DNA of 64,000 nt from Lytechinus pictus (lineage: Eukaryota): positions 7,068,001 through 7,132,000 of the forward strand of contig NC_087245.1 in assembly GCF_037042905.1 (NCBI RefSeq), in the 5' to 3' direction. Under the pieces are notes generated by a model. It searched no databases. It saw only the letters and a program-made list of their open reading frames with translations, and was not told the origin of the DNA. Both the position numbers and the translations under genes were made by a program. The first letter of the stretch is position 1. Each line of letters opens with the position of its first letter. Below are positions 63,580 through 64,000 of the stretch, piece after piece.

Positions 63580-64000
63580 AGAGAATTTATCCAAGTAACT
63601 ACATCAAGTCCTAAACGAACTATTAAACAAAGAAAAGCTGAGAAGAAACAAGAGAGTAGATCTATTAGATCTAAAGTTAGACAAACCTTGAACGATACAA
63701 GTTCATGTAAACTTAAGAAAAACAACATCAAAATAGCCATAGCTAACTTCCAGAGTATTAGAAATAAAGTAACTGAATTTCAGGCCTTCCACACAGTAAC
63801 CAAACCAGACATCATATTGGGATCAGAATCCTGGCTCGATGAAAATACAACATCAGCTGAAATTTTTCCAACCAACTTGCAAGTCATCCGGAAAGACCGT
63901 AAGAACATAAAGGGAGGAGGAGTCTTCATTGCCCTCGACCAAACAATCCCTATAATAGAGAGACCTGATCTCGCTGAAGAAGACAGTGAGTCAGCATGGT
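63580..64000 (+). mobile_element. Non-LTR retrotransposon (CR1/L2-like), start of APE endonuclease domain, truncated by window edge
   Basis: The open frame reads IKIAIANFQSIRNK...PDIILGSESWL...AEIFP...IRKDR...GGGVFIAL...ESAW, the typical LINE APE motifs. Confidence 0.88.

Overview
This is AT-rich, intron-containing animal genomic DNA. The gene types and repeats suggest an echinoderm such as a sea urchin (inference). There are two assembly gaps (6934-7098, 20875-21030). Three spliced genes can be rebuilt by hand from GT-AG sites and reading phase. Two are tandem minus-strand type-B carboxylesterase/cholinesterase-fold paralogs with the same 9-exon structure (A: 2622-21407; B: 26382-44494), each about 607 aa with a signal peptide, HGGG, GESAG and the catalytic Glu and His. 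The third is a divergently oriented plus-strand DEATH-NACHT-LRR (NLR) immune receptor gene (53517-57526, about 886 aa). The window also holds the probable last exon of an unidentified membrane protein (61679-62049, minus) and the start of a CR1/L2-type LINE endonuclease that runs off the right edge. Introns and intergenic DNA carry many non-autonomous mobile elements: Tc1-, Kolobok-, piggyBac-, hAT-, P- and Helentron-like elements, a tRNA SINE and an RT-less Gypsy remnant. Intron 3 of gene B holds a 3.45-kb 25-bp satellite with higher-order structure. The most notable observations are a P-like MITE plus apparent P-type excision footprints, possible gene-conversion tracts over the catalytic exons, the atypical NLR C-terminus and the Gypsy remnant next to the start of gene B. 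I see no firm evidence of a wholly new biological system, and the TE family assignments rest on termini and target-site duplications (TSDs) only.
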